Assembly: GCA_965656495.1 (NCBI GenBank)
Contig: CBFHKU010000004.1
Coordinates: forward strand, 75,392 to 139,391
Reading direction: 5' to 3'
From: Coraliomargaritaceae bacterium
Lineage (GTDB): Bacteria; Verrucomicrobiota; Verrucomicrobiia; Opitutales; Coraliomargaritaceae
Length of the DNA stretch: 64,000 nucleotides
Shown: positions 29,026 to 40,175 of the stretch, one piece after another
Numbering within the stretch: position 1 is the stretch's first letter
Layout of the letters: each line of letters begins with the position of its first letter
Position numbers and translations under genes: made by a program
Notes under the pieces: generated by a model
What the model was told of the DNA's origin: nothing
The model's database searches: none
What the model saw: the letters and a program-made list of their open reading frames with translations, nothing else

Positions 29026-31485
29026 TTATTTGCGAATCTGATAACTCGTTTCAGCTTCAATTTGATCCTGAATCGATTGAAAGGCTGAATTGACCTCCTT
29101 GTCATTCAAGGTGCGGTCTGCCGCACGGAAACTAAAACTCAGAGCCAAGCTTTTCATTCCTTCCGACAAGCCCTCGCCTTCGTAGGCGTCAAAGCAAGTG
29201 ACCGACTCGCAAGTGAAACCCACCGCTGCTTTGTTCGCAAACTTTGCTAAATCGGATTGCACCCGGCCCGCCAAAACCGATTGCTCCACCAACAAGGCGA
29301 TGTCACGAACCGAGGCTGGTTGATTGCTGAGGGAAGCATGACGCGCACGTTTAACACTGCGTTGAAAACATTCCGGATTGATTTCCACCATTCCCGCAAA
29401 AACCGGATATTCAAGGCTCCAGCGCTCACGGAGTGTCGCCGCATTCAACATCCCTGCGGTGCAGCTAAAACCCTGCCGCAGCAGGTCACCCGCCTGTGCG
29501 CTTTGGCCGCCCTGCCACAACGGGGAAGTCTCCTGTGGTTCAAAATTCAACTTTGCCCGAGGAAAACCTGCAAGTGATGCGATATTCTCACACAAGGTCC
29601 TCGCGGTATAAAAATCCCCCAAATTTGAAGCCTTCCAGGCGCGTTCCTGTGATTCACCCACCAGCACAAAAGCAAAAGCAGCCAACTCCATTACCCCGGA
29701 CTCCATTGCCCTGAAAATGCGACCACGCTCAAAAAAGCGCATCGCTCCGGTTCCTCTCGCGCTGTTCAATTGCAACACATCCAATAAGCCCGGAAGTAAA
29801 CTTGCGCGCAAATGACTCTGGTCTGTCTGTAGAGGGTTTGCCAAATTCAAACGACCATGCGCCGCCTCACCAAATAGCACTTCGGTCTCCCCCGGATCAC
29901 GGAGCGAGTAAAGCAAGGCCTCGTTGAAATTTTGCCCGGTCAAATAGGCCGCTACATTAGCGCTGACCGTGTAAGCCCGATTGTCCGCTACATCAATCCC
30001 GCGAGCGATCACGGCAGTTTCCGGAATTCGATCCGTCCCGTAAAGACGCACAAATTCCTCAATCAAATCGACGTCGCGTTCCAAATCGCCGCGATAAGAG
30101 GGAATCCGAACCTCCCAACGAACCACGCCGTCTGCTTCCGTGTGCTCGGCTACCTGCAAATCAAGCGCGGTTAATGTTTCGCAAATTGCTTCATTCGACA
30201 CTTCAAAGCCAACGAAACGGCGCACTTGATCGGGAAACAAATCAATTGCCTTCAAGGTTGCCGGTTCCGAACCTGCCTCAATGCGATCACCCTCGACGCT
30301 ACCGCCCGCCACTTCGAGGATCAAATCCACTGCCCGCAAAGACGCATAGAGCAAACCCTTGGGATCAATGCCACGCTCAAAACGATAGGAACTGTCACTA
30401 CTCAAACCAATCCCCCGTGCAGTAGCACGGATTGAAGCAGGGTTAAAATAAGCGGTTTCCAAAACCACATCGACCGTCGTCGCGTCCACTTCCGCATCGA
30501 CTCCGCCCATCACTCCGGCCACCGCCAACGGGCGCTTTGCGTCGGCAATGACCGCATCCGATGCTTTGAGCTTGCGCGCTTCGCCATCGAGCGTGGTGAT
30601 CCCCTCCCCGTCTTTCGCGTAACGAACCACCAGTTTCTTTCCTTCAATCTTCGCAGCATCAAAGGCGTGCATCGGTTGTCCCGTCTCATGCAAAACATAA
30701 TTCGTGACATCCACCACATTGTTCACGGATCGAAGCCCAATCGATTCAAGCGCCTTGACCAACCACTCGGGACTTGCGCCCACCTTAACGCCCCGGATGC
30801 AAAACGCGGTGTAGTGCGGGCATACCTCCTCCGCCAGCAATTCAACCGCATCCAAAAGCGATTCCCCCGCAGATGGATTTTGGGTGCTTGCCTTGACCTC
30901 GGGATATTTAAGCTCGAGGCCAAAACGCGCCGCTACTTCCCGCGCCAGACCGATGTGGCTGAGCACATCCACACGGTTGGGTGTGATTTCCAAATCCAGA
31001 ATGGTATCCACTTCGTCGTAAATTTCATTGAGCGGAGTCCCAAGAGCCTGCCCTTTCTCAAGAATAAGAATTCCGTCATGATCCTGCCCGAGATTCAGTT
31101 CCTTCGCCGAACAAAGCATCCCTTCTGAAGGCTCACCCCGTAACTTGGATTTTTTGATTTTAAAATCACCGGGCAAAACCGCCCCCGGCAGCGCAACCAT
31201 TACACGATCGCCCGCCTCGAAATTCTTTGCACCACATACGATCCGATGGGGCTCTCCCTCCTGGCCGGTACTGACCCGACAACAACGCAGGCGGTCGGCG
31301 TTTGGGTGTTGTTCGTATTCCAGCACTTCGCCCACCACCACGTTCTTCAGTGACGGCGGCCCAAGATGCTCGAGGGTCTCAATGTCAAAACCCAGCAGGG
31401 GCAAGACCTCCGCGAGCACCTCCGTAGCGTGTTCAACGGAATCCAGGTCCAGGTACTTTTTCAGCCAGTTGTAGGAAATTTTCAT
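29026..31485 (-). CDS. pheT: Phenylalanine--tRNA ligase beta subunit
   Basis: MKISYNWL, IVCGAKN, EITPNRVD, SSYRFERGID. Confidence 0.99.
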   Translation of the reverse strand: MKISYNWLKKYLDLDSVEHATEVLAEVLPLLGFDIETLEHLGPPSLKNVVVGEVLEYEQHPNADRLRCCRVSTGQEGEPHRIVCGAKNFEAGDRVMVALPGAVLPGDFKIKKSKLRGEPSEGMLCSAKELNLGQDHDGILILEKGQALGTPLNEIYDEVDTILDLEITPNRVDVLSHIGLAREVAARFGLELKYPEVKASTQNPSAGESLLDAVELLAEEVCPHYTAFCIRGVKVGASPEWLVKALESIGLRSVNNVVDVTNYVLHETGQPMHAFDAAKIEGKKLVVRYAKDGEGITTLDGEARKLKASDAVIADAKRPLAVAGVMGGVDAEVDATTVDVVLETAYFNPASIRATARGIGLSSDSSYRFERGIDPKGLLYASLRAVDLILEVAGGSVEGDRIEAGSEPATLKAIDLFPDQVRRFVGFEVSNEAICETLTALDLQVAEHTEADGVVRWEVRIPSYRGDLERDVDLIEEFVRLYGTDRIPETAVIARGIDVADNRAYTVSANVAAYLTGQNFNEALLYSLRDPGETEVLFGEAAHGRLNLANPLQTDQSHLRASLLPGLLDVLQLNSARGTGAMRFFERGRIFRAMESGVMELAAFAFVLVGESQERAWKASNLGDFYTARTLCENIASLAGFPRAKLNFEPQETSPLWQGGQSAQAGDLLRQGFSCTAGMLNAATLRERWSLEYPVFAGMVEINPECFQRSVKRARHASLSNQPASVRDIALLVEQSVLAGRVQSDLAKFANKAAVGFTCESVTCFDAYEGEGLSEGMKSLALSFSFRAADRTLNDKEVNSAFQSIQDQIEAETSYQIRK

Positions 31486-31502
31486 CGGTGCTTCAGTTCA
31501 GT

Positions 31503-32543
31503 CTAGGCAAATTGTTTCAGGAAACGCAGGTCGTTCTGATAGTAATAGCGAATATCGTCCACGCCCTGCAGAATCATCGCAATGCGCTCAATCCCCATTC
31601 CGAAGGCAAAGCCTGTGTAAACCTTCGGGTCGATTCCCACCGCCTTGAAAACTTCCGGGTCCACCATGCCGCAACCCATAATCTCAAGCCATTTGTTGCT
31701 CAATTTACCTAAGTCCGGAGAATAAAAATCCATTTCAAAGCTCGGCTCCGTGAACGGGAAAAAACTGGGACGTAAACGGGTGCGCGCCTTTGCCCCAAAA
31801 ATTGTTTTCACGAAATGATCCAGTGTGGCCTTCAAGTCGATCAAAGTCACATCGCGATCGACGTAGAGCCCTTCAATTTGATGGAAATTCGCGCTGTGCG
31901 TCGCGTCGGGCGTGTCCCGCCGGAAACAGCGCCCCGGTGCGATAATCCGAATCGGTGGCTTGCGTTCCAGCATCGTACGAATCTGCACCGTCGAGGTGTG
32001 CGTGCGCAGCAGGTATTGTTCATCCGCATGCTTGCTCACGTTCTGCATCTCCAAATCCTTGGGCAGGTAATAGGAATCCTGCATGTCCCTCGCGGGGTGA
32101 TCCTTCGGAATGTTGAGTGCATCAAAACAAAAATGCTCGGTTTCTACCTCCGTCGCTTCCGCCACCGAGAACCCAATGCGTTGAAAGAGTGCGACCATTT
32201 CTTCCCGCACCTGCGCGATCGGATGCAGCACCCCCCGGTCCAGTTCGGGTGACGGCAAAGTTGGATCGATCGCCGGGCCAATTTTTGACGCCAGCTCGGC
32301 AGCTTCGATCTTAGCCAAGGCCGCCGATAAAGCCTCCGTCACTGCTGACTTCGCTTCGTTTATCAACTTACCCATCGCAGGCTTTTCTTCCTTGGGAACC
32401 TTGCCCATCGACTTCATGACGGCAGTCAGCGAACCGTTAGGCCCCTGAATAGTAGCCTTAAAAGCCTCAAATTCGGCACGATTTTCGATTCGGGGAGCAC
32501 CCTCCTGAACCTCCGCAATGATTGTTTCCAACGCCTCTTTCAT
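31503..32543 (-). CDS. pheS: Phenylalanine--tRNA ligase alpha subunit
   Basis: HPARDMQDS, LRTHTS, FPFTEPS, GFAFGMGIER. Confidence 0.99.
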   Translation of the reverse strand: MKEALETIIAEVQEGAPRIENRAEFEAFKATIQGPNGSLTAVMKSMGKVPKEEKPAMGKLINEAKSAVTEALSAALAKIEAAELASKIGPAIDPTLPSPELDRGVLHPIAQVREEMVALFQRIGFSVAEATEVETEHFCFDALNIPKDHPARDMQDSYYLPKDLEMQNVSKHADEQYLLRTHTSTVQIRTMLERKPPIRIIAPGRCFRRDTPDATHSANFHQIEGLYVDRDVTLIDLKATLDHFVKTIFGAKARTRLRPSFFPFTEPSFEMDFYSPDLGKLSNKWLEIMGCGMVDPEVFKAVGIDPKVYTGFAFGMGIERIAMILQGVDDIRYYYQNDLRFLKQFA

Positions 32544-32627
32544 TTTATAAATTTAAATTACGCACTTGAAAATCCACAGCCTCGAAATTTTGTCGAGACG
32601 GATTTAGCGCCCTCATTCCTGCATCCC

Positions 32628-32993
32628 TCATAGTTCAACCTCGCGGGCATCTTTCCACAATTGATCCAGCCGGTAAAATTCACGCATTACCTCCGTCTGC
32701 AGATGCACCATAAAATCAAACGCATCCACCACCAACCAACCGCTGCCCAATTCCCGGTCCTGACCCACCAATTCAACCCCACTCTCCTTAAGTGTGGCAT
32801 CTAGAGCGGACTTGAGCGCCTTCACATGCGGCTCGGAAGTACCCGTCGCCAACACAAGGAAATCCGTGATGGATGATTGCGAACTTACATCCAGCACGCG
32901 GATTTTCTCCGCTTTTTTATCCTCGAGGGCTGTGACCACCGACTGAATATCCTTCAAAGCGGGGTGATTGTTTTGCATGGCTTGGGTCGACAT
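32628..32993 (-). CDS. rsfS: Ribosome silencing factor
   Basis: DKKAEKI, WLVVD, REFYRLDQLW; next to nadD. Confidence 0.95.
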   Translation of the reverse strand: MSTQAMQNNHPALKDIQSVVTALEDKKAEKIRVLDVSSQSSITDFLVLATGTSEPHVKALKSALDATLKESGVELVGQDRELGSGWLVVDAFDFMVHLQTEVMREFYRLDQLWKDAREVEL

Positions 32994-33007
32994 TGTATTA
33001 TTCAAAG

Positions 33008-33622
33008 CTATGGCTTATAAAGACCTTCACGCAAAATGAAAGCATCAAGTCCACGCGGCAGGTACCCTTCGGGGATTTCACCCTTCGCAAACGCATCACG
33101 TATTGCACTCGAGCTGATATCCATCAGCGGTGCATCGACCTCGATATATTTCAAACCGGCTACCTCGGGTGCGACCACCGAGGCCTCCGCCCGTCTGAAA
33201 ACGGCAAAGGTCAGCAGCGATGCCAGGCGTTCAATCTCGCGCCAACGCCCCAACTGTTCAAATTGATCGGCCCCCAAAATCCAGAAAAGCTCCGCACCCG
33301 GAAAACGTTCGCCGAAATGCAAGGCGGTCTCGACGGAATAACTGACCCCACCTCGCTCAAGCTCATAGGGATCAATGAAAAAACCCGCTTCACCCTCAAT
33401 TGCCTGAGCCAGCATCGCCCGGCGCTGGGAACCGCTTGCCCCTGGCGCGGATTCCTTGATCGGTGACTGTGCGTTGGGAATGAAAATGACCTGGTCCAAA
33501 CTCAGCGCTTCACGGACGCGCCGTGCGATTTCCAAATGCGCACAATGAACCGGGTCAAAGGTTCCCCCAAAGAGACCCACCCGAAGTGCCTTGCCTGCAT
33601 CGCCTTCAAATTGGGAATCCAT
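33008..33622 (-). CDS. nadD: Nicotinate-nucleotide adenylyltransferase
   Basis: FGGTFDPVHCAH, ILGADQ, ISSSAIR. Confidence 0.97.
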   Translation of the reverse strand: MDSQFEGDAGKALRVGLFGGTFDPVHCAHLEIARRVREALSLDQVIFIPNAQSPIKESAPGASGSQRRAMLAQAIEGEAGFFIDPYELERGGVSYSVETALHFGERFPGAELFWILGADQFEQLGRWREIERLASLLTFAVFRRAEASVVAPEVAGLKYIEVDAPLMDISSSAIRDAFAKGEIPEGYLPRGLDAFILREGLYKP

Positions 33623-33685
33623 CACTTTGTTTTGACCTCATTCACTTTGATCGCCATGTCAGAATCTTTCCTCCTCATTAAAAAC

Positions 33686-34342
33686 ATGCAAACCGAATCC
33701 AAAGATGGACAAGCAAGCCTTGCCGAGGTCCTGCGCTCCGCCCTCCAACTGCCGGAAGGCGCAAACCAGAACATCGGCACTTTATCCCGCGAAGTGGGTG
33801 AAAAAGGATTTGGTCTGCTGCTCATGATTTTATCCCTGCCCAGCGCCCTCCCCGTTCCGGCACCGGGCTACAGCACGCCATTCGGGGTCGCAATTCTCCT
33901 CATCGCACTCCAAATGCTAAGCGGACGCCGCGATCTTTGGCTCCCACAGCGAATCCAAGGGGTGCAAATCCCATCGGGTCTGGCCAAGCGCATGGCTGCT
34001 GCTGCCGACAAATTTCTGCGCGCAACCGAACGTTGGATCAAGCCGCGCCATAAGTGGATTGCCTCGCCCGCCGGTCACGCCGGTCTTGCGATCGTGGTTG
34101 CCGTGATGGCGGCACTGATGATGCTCCCCATCCCCCTGACCAATACCTTTCCGGCGATGGTCATCTTTTTAATCGGCATCGGCCTCGCCGAAGAAGACGG
34201 CTTGCTCGCCATAGTGGCATTCGCCATCGGCCTGATTGCGATCCTGCTCTACGCCTATATCATTTATCTACTGGTTACCCAGGGACCGGAGGCCATTGAT
34301 CAGCTCAAGCACTGGATCAAAGGCCTGTTGAACCTCAGCTGA
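33686..34342 (+). CDS. ExoD family membrane protein
   Basis: GFGLLLMILSLPSALPVP, LPIPLTNTFPA, EEDG. Confidence 0.88.
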   Translation: MQTESKDGQASLAEVLRSALQLPEGANQNIGTLSREVGEKGFGLLLMILSLPSALPVPAPGYSTPFGVAILLIALQMLSGRRDLWLPQRIQGVQIPSGLAKRMAAAADKFLRATERWIKPRHKWIASPAGHAGLAIVVAVMAALMMLPIPLTNTFPAMVIFLIGIGLAEEDGLLAIVAFAIGLIAILLYAYIIYLLVTQGPEAIDQLKHWIKGLLNLS

Positions 34343-34352
34343 GTCCAAGCGC

Positions 34353-36110
34353 TTATACGGGGGTCTTCAAGTCACCCGTGTCTGCATGGAAAGGACTCTC
34401 TGCGGTGGTTGCGGCCACATAGCCCTTCCGCACCGTAAAGTCACCAAAGCGCTCGCCATCCTCGCGTTCCTTCGCGTAGGCCAACAGAATCGGCTCCAGC
34501 GTCTCAAGGATTTCCTCGTGCGTGATCGAAGTGCGATACAGTTTGTTGAGTCGCGCACCGTCAAACCCGGCACCCAGATAAAGATTATACTTGCCGGGCA
34601 CCTTGCCCACCAAGCCGATTTCTCCCAAATATGGACGACCGCATCCATTCGGGCAACCGGTCGAGCGAATAATGATCTCATCTTCCCGTAAACCCGCTTT
34701 CTCCAAAATCAACTCCAGATCCGTCACCAGATTGGGCAAGTAACGCTCCGATTCCGCCAGCGCCAAGCCGCAGGTCGGCAAGGCCACACAGGCAATTTGA
34801 CTGCGCCGCATTCCGGATGCCGTCCGGTAGCCGTCCAGTTTGTATTCCGCCACGAGGCGATCGATGTCCTCGCGGTCCGCGGCCTCAATATTTGCCAAAA
34901 TTAAATTCTGATTCGGGGTCAGGCGGAATTCACATTTTCCGGTTTCGGCAATAGCACGCAGCCCACTCTTCAACGGCAGCCCTTCAAGGTCAACAATCCG
35001 ACCGCCCTCAATAAAGAGCCCCAAGTTCCATTTACCATTGCTTCCCTCAGACCAACCGTAGCTGTCTCCATTGCTTTCAAATTTAAAGGCGTGGGCATCC
35101 TCCAGGGCATAGCCCAAGCGCTTTTCTAATTCGCTTCGGATAAAGGCAACGCCCCGATCCTCCACCGTGTATTTGAAGCGGGCATGTGCGCGCTCCACCC
35201 GATCGCCGTAGTCCCGTTGAATCGCCACAATCTTCTCTGAAACCTCCACGACCTGTTCCGGTTTACAGAATGCGAGCACGTCCGCCAATCGGGGATAAGT
35301 CTTCTCGTTGCCGTGCGTCATTCCCATGCCCCCGCCAACCGTGATGTTAAACCCGACCAACTTACCCGCCTCAACGACCGCGATGAAGCCGAGGCAGTGC
35401 GCAAAAACATCGACATCATTCTGCGGCGGAATCGCCACTGCGATTTTGAATTTGCGCGGCAAATACGTTTTTCCGTAAAGCGGTTCGATTTCGTCCCCGC
35501 CCATGTCCAGCGAACGCGGTTCCTGCGAGGCGATCTTTTTACCGTCGAGCCAAATCTCCGAGTAGGCCTTGGTCTGCGGTTTCAAATAGGCATCGATCGC
35601 ATCTACAATTTCCTGAACTTCCTCGTGCACCTGAGACGCCTGTGGGTTGGGTGAACACATGGTATTGCGGTTCACATCGCCGCATGCTGCCAAGGTTGAC
35701 ATCATCGCCTCGTTCACCGACGAAATCGTCCACTTCAAATTACCCTTAAGAATGCCGTGCAATTGAAAGGCCTGCCGAGTGGTCAACTTAAGGGTGTCAA
35801 AGTCGCAGTATTGAGCCAGTTTGTCGACCACCAGCCATTGCTCTGCCGTCGCCACCCCGCCGGGCAAACCGATGCGTGCCAAAAAGGAGTATGCCTTGTC
35901 GAGCTTGTGCTTCCGGCGATCGTTGCGAACATCCCGGTTGTCCTGCTGGTAAATACCGTGGAATTTCGTCAACTGTTGATCGTCCGCATCGATCGAACCC
36001 TGCGAAGCGTCCGCCAAACCTTCCAGAATGGTTCCGCGCAGGTAGTTGCTGCCGGTTTTAATACCCTCATTTTTATGAAGTTTTGCTGCGCCTTGGCTGT
36101 CAGAAATCAT
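34353..36110 (-). CDS. cysI: Sulfite reductase (NADPH) hemoprotein
   Basis: KFHGIYQQD, YLPRKFK, CVALPTCGLA, TGCPNGCGRP. Confidence 0.98.
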   Translation of the reverse strand: MISDSQGAAKLHKNEGIKTGSNYLRGTILEGLADASQGSIDADDQQLTKFHGIYQQDNRDVRNDRRKHKLDKAYSFLARIGLPGGVATAEQWLVVDKLAQYCDFDTLKLTTRQAFQLHGILKGNLKWTISSVNEAMMSTLAACGDVNRNTMCSPNPQASQVHEEVQEIVDAIDAYLKPQTKAYSEIWLDGKKIASQEPRSLDMGGDEIEPLYGKTYLPRKFKIAVAIPPQNDVDVFAHCLGFIAVVEAGKLVGFNITVGGGMGMTHGNEKTYPRLADVLAFCKPEQVVEVSEKIVAIQRDYGDRVERAHARFKYTVEDRGVAFIRSELEKRLGYALEDAHAFKFESNGDSYGWSEGSNGKWNLGLFIEGGRIVDLEGLPLKSGLRAIAETGKCEFRLTPNQNLILANIEAADREDIDRLVAEYKLDGYRTASGMRRSQIACVALPTCGLALAESERYLPNLVTDLELILEKAGLREDEIIIRSTGCPNGCGRPYLGEIGLVGKVPGKYNLYLGAGFDGARLNKLYRTSITHEEILETLEPILLAYAKEREDGERFGDFTVRKGYVAATTAESPFHADTGDLKTPV

Positions 36111-36282
36111 GATTGTTTGCTTTGAATGATATTTTCAATATGAGTTTAAGCTCTGTCCTTGCAAATAAACGTGGCATTAATTTGACTCTTTTCTTTAGTT
36201 TGTCACTTAAAAACCTAAGATAACAATTTTAATGCGCTTCGCTTGCGCCCTGCGCCTACAAGTGCCATAACTTTTAGCATCC

Positions 36283-38052
36283 ATGAACGCTTCCAATAAC
36301 ATTCCGGAAAACGCCCCATTCTCGCCTGAGCAGGCGCGAAACCTTGAGGCGGCATTTAAAGATCTAAAGCCCGAGCAGATCCAGTGGCTTGCCAATTTCT
36401 TTGGCGGACAAAGCGGCGGAGCCGGCAATGCCAAAAAACCAAAACTCACCGTGCTCTACGGCTCAGAGTCGGGCAATTCCGAAAACCTCGCCAGCCAAAC
36501 CGCCAAGCAAGCGAAGCAATTGGGCTTCAAGGCCGACCTCGTCAATATGGCGGATACCACCCCCGAAAAAGTTGCCAACGCCGAAAATTTGCTCGTCCTG
36601 GTAAGCACCTGGGGCGAGGGCGACCCCCCCGAAACTGCCACCGATTTCCACGCCGCCTTCATGGCTGACAATGCCCCCAATATGAACGGTATTCGTTACT
36701 CAGTCCTCGGTCTGGGCGATACCAGCTATGAGCACTTCTGTAAAATGGGTAAGGATTTTGACAGCCAGCTCGAAAAACTGGGAGGCGAGCGCATCTTTGC
36801 GCGTGTGGACTGCGATGTCGATTTTGATGACAGTTACGCCGCTTGGCTGGACGGATCCCTCGGTGCGCTGGTTAAAGCAGCAGCTCCGGCAGCCGGAGCA
36901 CTCGAAGCCACCGCGCCAGTCGAGGCCGAGCCGACGCAATATTCACGCAAGAACCCCTTTCCCGCCGAACTCAAGGAACGGATCCTTTTGAACGGTCAAG
37001 GCTCTGCCAAGGAAACCATCCACCTTGAATTCAACCTCGAGGGTTCCGGCCTTCAATACAACGTAGGCGATTCACTCGCTGTCATTCCCCACAATGCCAC
37101 CGATGTGGTCGAAGCCGTCCTGGAAGCCTCCAAGCTCGACCCCGCCGAAAGCATCACCCTCAAGGATGAAAACTTCACCCTCCAAGAGGCCCTGACTTCG
37201 CAACTGGATCTGACCGCCCTCTCCAAGCCGGTGCTCAACCGCTACAACGAGATCGCGCAAAGCAAGGACCTCGATGCCATCATCAACGACAAAGAGGCGC
37301 TGCTGAAATTCATTGAGGGGCGCGACCTTGCGGATCTCCTCAACACTTATCCCGCCTCGGAACTCAAAGCGCAGACCCTCGTTGAATGCCTGCGCAAGCT
37401 TCCGCCAAGACTTTACTCGATTGCCTCCAGTCTCAAAGCACACGAAGAAGAAGTGCATTTGACGGTTGGGGTCGTGCGTTACGACAGTCATGGGCGCGCG
37501 CGCAAAGGCGTCTGCTCCACCTATCTCGCCGACCGTATTCAAACCGGTGAAACCGCCAGCGTCTTCGTAACAGCCAACAAAAACTTCAAGCTACCGGAAA
37601 ACCCGGAGACCCCCATCATCATGGTCGGCCCCGGCACCGGCATCGCTCCCTTCCGCGCATTCATCGAGGAACGTGCCGCGACCGGCGCAACCGGCGAGAA
37701 CTGGCTATTTTTTGGTGACCAGCATTACCAAACCGATTTCCTCTACCAACTCGAATGGCAAGACTACCTGAAGGACGGCCTCCTCACCAAACTCGATGTG
37801 GCCTTTTCACGCGACCAACCCCACAAGGTGTATGTTCAGGACCGCATGCGTGAAAACAGCAAAGCACTATTCGAATGGTTGCAAAAAGGCGCGGTATTTT
37901 ACGTCTGCGGCGATGCCTCGCGCATGGCGCATGATGTCGATCAGGCGCTCCATGAAATTGTGGCACAGGAAGGTGAACTCAGCGAGGAAGCCGCCGCCGA
38001 ATACGTCAAGGCATTGAAAAGCGAGAAACGCTACCTGCGCGACGTTTACTAG
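36283..38052 (+). CDS. cysJ: Sulfite reductase (NADPH) flavoprotein
   Basis: YGSESGN flavodoxin, PRLYSIASS, MVGPGTGIAPF, RYLRDVY. Confidence 0.97.
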   Translation: MNASNNIPENAPFSPEQARNLEAAFKDLKPEQIQWLANFFGGQSGGAGNAKKPKLTVLYGSESGNSENLASQTAKQAKQLGFKADLVNMADTTPEKVANAENLLVLVSTWGEGDPPETATDFHAAFMADNAPNMNGIRYSVLGLGDTSYEHFCKMGKDFDSQLEKLGGERIFARVDCDVDFDDSYAAWLDGSLGALVKAAAPAAGALEATAPVEAEPTQYSRKNPFPAELKERILLNGQGSAKETIHLEFNLEGSGLQYNVGDSLAVIPHNATDVVEAVLEASKLDPAESITLKDENFTLQEALTSQLDLTALSKPVLNRYNEIAQSKDLDAIINDKEALLKFIEGRDLADLLNTYPASELKAQTLVECLRKLPPRLYSIASSLKAHEEEVHLTVGVVRYDSHGRARKGVCSTYLADRIQTGETASVFVTANKNFKLPENPETPIIMVGPGTGIAPFRAFIEERAATGATGENWLFFGDQHYQTDFLYQLEWQDYLKDGLLTKLDVAFSRDQPHKVYVQDRMRENSKALFEWLQKGAVFYVCGDASRMAHDVDQALHEIVAQEGELSEEAAAEYVKALKSEKRYLRDVY

Positions 38053-39428
38053 ATCTCCAGCGCACGACAAAGAAGACCGTGCAATTGATAGTTCTCAATG
38101 TAGGCGGGAACCCCATTCGCTCCCGGCCCAATCGCTGCCAATTCCACATGTTCGGCGGTGTGATTGTGAGAGGTCCAGCCCACTGCAGTCGCCGCCTCTA
38201 GTTCAGCCTGAAAGCTATCCGCTAAGACCCCCGCCAGATAATCCATCGGCTCCGCTAATTGCGCATTAAAAGCTGCAACTTTTGCTTCGGGCAAATCAAT
38301 CCCTGTAACCGATTTAAAGTAGGCGGAATCCAGACTGCCGACCCGCTCAACCTCGCGGGCAATGGCTTCAAGGCTCGCCGTTACCGAGTTTAGCTTATCG
38401 AGCGCCGCCCCGCTTCCATTATAGCTCTTACCCGTACCATTGAGCTGGCAGCCCCCGGTTCCGTGATCCGTGGTAACGACCAAAAGCGTGTCGGGGTGCC
38501 CTTTGCAAAATTCAAGGGCTGTCTCGATACAGCGGTCAAACTCCAGTTGCTCGTGCAGGATTGCCGCCCCATCGTTGACATGTCCGGCATGATCGATCCT
38601 TCCCGCCTCCACCTGCAAAACAAAGCCCGCTTTGTTGCCGGACAAGCGTTTCAGCGCCGCCTCAAACATGACCTCCAGACCCGGAATGTCCGCCAAGGCT
38701 GCATCATTTGAACGATCCAGCGCATAAGGCAGGTGATCCTCATAATATAAACCCAGAAGAGGCCCACTTTGCCCGGACAGTTTCTGCAAGTCCCCGACGG
38801 TCTCACTGATGGCATAACCTTTACTCGCAAACGCAGGCAGCAAATCACGCGTCTCGGATTTAAAATGGCGACGGCCTCCGCCCAACAGGACATCGACCCC
38901 CCGCTCGAGATATTGCAGCGCAATGTCATCCTCCAAATCCCGGTGTGCGACATTTGCCACAAATGCTGCCGGGGTGGCATGTGTGATGCGGCAGGTGCTC
39001 ACACACCCCGTCACTTTTCCGGCTTTTTTAGCCCGCACAAATATCGGCTCCAGTGATTCACCCTTGGGATTAACATTGATCGCGCCGTTGTTGATGCGCT
39101 GGCCGCAACCCCAGGCGCTACCCGCCGCCGCCGAATCCGTAACGGGCGAACTCGCGGAGGCTGTGCCCTGTAAAGCGCGCCGCACCCCGGGCCGTTCAAG
39201 CAGTTGCACCCAATTGAGCGCCGATCCGGCATTTTTCAAACGCCAGTAGTGCGCCAGAGAAAGCGTCCCGGTCCCCATCCCGTCCGCAACCAGAAAAATC
39301 ATATTCTTCGCGGATTGCCCCGCAGGGGGCGTTGCTGCCGTAGCGGAATGGCCAAGCATCCCGGCAAAACCCGCCAAACCGGCACCCTTGATGAAATTGC
39401 GGCGACTGTTTTCGGATCCTTGATTCAT
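38049..39428 (-). CDS. Tat-exported alkaline phosphatase
   Basis: SRRNFIK Tat motif; IFLVADGMG, VTDSAAAGSA, THATPA, GRIDHAGH, TDHGTGG. Confidence 0.93.
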   Translation of the reverse strand: MNQGSENSRRNFIKGAGLAGFAGMLGHSATAATPPAGQSAKNMIFLVADGMGTGTLSLAHYWRLKNAGSALNWVQLLERPGVRRALQGTASASSPVTDSAAAGSAWGCGQRINNGAINVNPKGESLEPIFVRAKKAGKVTGCVSTCRITHATPAAFVANVAHRDLEDDIALQYLERGVDVLLGGGRRHFKSETRDLLPAFASKGYAISETVGDLQKLSGQSGPLLGLYYEDHLPYALDRSNDAALADIPGLEVMFEAALKRLSGNKAGFVLQVEAGRIDHAGHVNDGAAILHEQLEFDRCIETALEFCKGHPDTLLVVTTDHGTGGCQLNGTGKSYNGSGAALDKLNSVTASLEAIAREVERVGSLDSAYFKSVTGIDLPEAKVAAFNAQLAEPMDYLAGVLADSFQAELEAATAVGWTSHNHTAEHVELAAIGPGANGVPAYIENYQLHGLLCRALEI

Positions 39429-39463
39429 AGTTTTAAGCGGTTAAGAGAATCGCGAGACGGGTA

Positions 39464-40144
39464 TCACCTATCTTTCTCAGCCGACGCGGTATACCATTCC
39501 TGCACCAACTCCATGATAGCTTCAACTGAATCCGCCTGCTCAAACTCAAGTGATGCTGAGTTGATGCAATACCGCAAACCACCCGGCCCGGGGCCATCCG
39601 GGAAAACATGCCCTTGATGCGAACCACAGACCGCGCAATGCACCTCGGTGCGAATCATGCCATAGCTTACATCCCGATGTTCCCCCAAAGTACGCGCGTC
39701 AATGGGCTTGGAAAAGCTCGGCCAACCCGTCCCGGAATCAAATTTATCGGTGCTGCTGAATAACGGTGTGGCGCAGCCGATACAGCGATACAAGCCGATG
39801 GCTTTGTTATCGTGGTAGGGGTTTTGGAAAGGACGCTCGGTGCCCTGCTCACGCGCCACTTTATATTGTAATTCGGTAAGGCGGGCACGCCACTCCGCTT
39901 CGCTGCGTTGCACCGGGAAGTCGCCGCTTGAAAGATCGACATGCGAAGGCATTGCACAGGCACTCGCGCAGGCCGATACATCCGCCTGCAAGCCTTCGCC
40001 TTTTTTTTCTGGACTGGAATCATTTTCAACCACCGCATTCAAAATATATATAAATGCGCTGAAGCCAAGTACCGGTAGGAGAAATTTCCACGATACCCCA
40101 ATACTCCCTATAAAGGACTGAAGGCGCTTTTTATGTGTACTCAT
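39464..40144 (-). CDS. msrB: Peptide-methionine (R)-S-oxide reductase with N-terminal TM anchor
   Basis: [34 protein letters not shown]. Confidence 0.95.
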   Translation of the reverse strand: MSTHKKRLQSFIGSIGVSWKFLLPVLGFSAFIYILNAVVENDSSPEKKGEGLQADVSACASACAMPSHVDLSSGDFPVQRSEAEWRARLTELQYKVAREQGTERPFQNPYHDNKAIGLYRCIGCATPLFSSTDKFDSGTGWPSFSKPIDARTLGEHRDVSYGMIRTEVHCAVCGSHQGHVFPDGPGPGGLRYCINSASLEFEQADSVEAIMELVQEWYTASAEKDR

Positions 40145-40175
40145 GCTGCTTATACTTCTGTTAAACTTCCTATAT

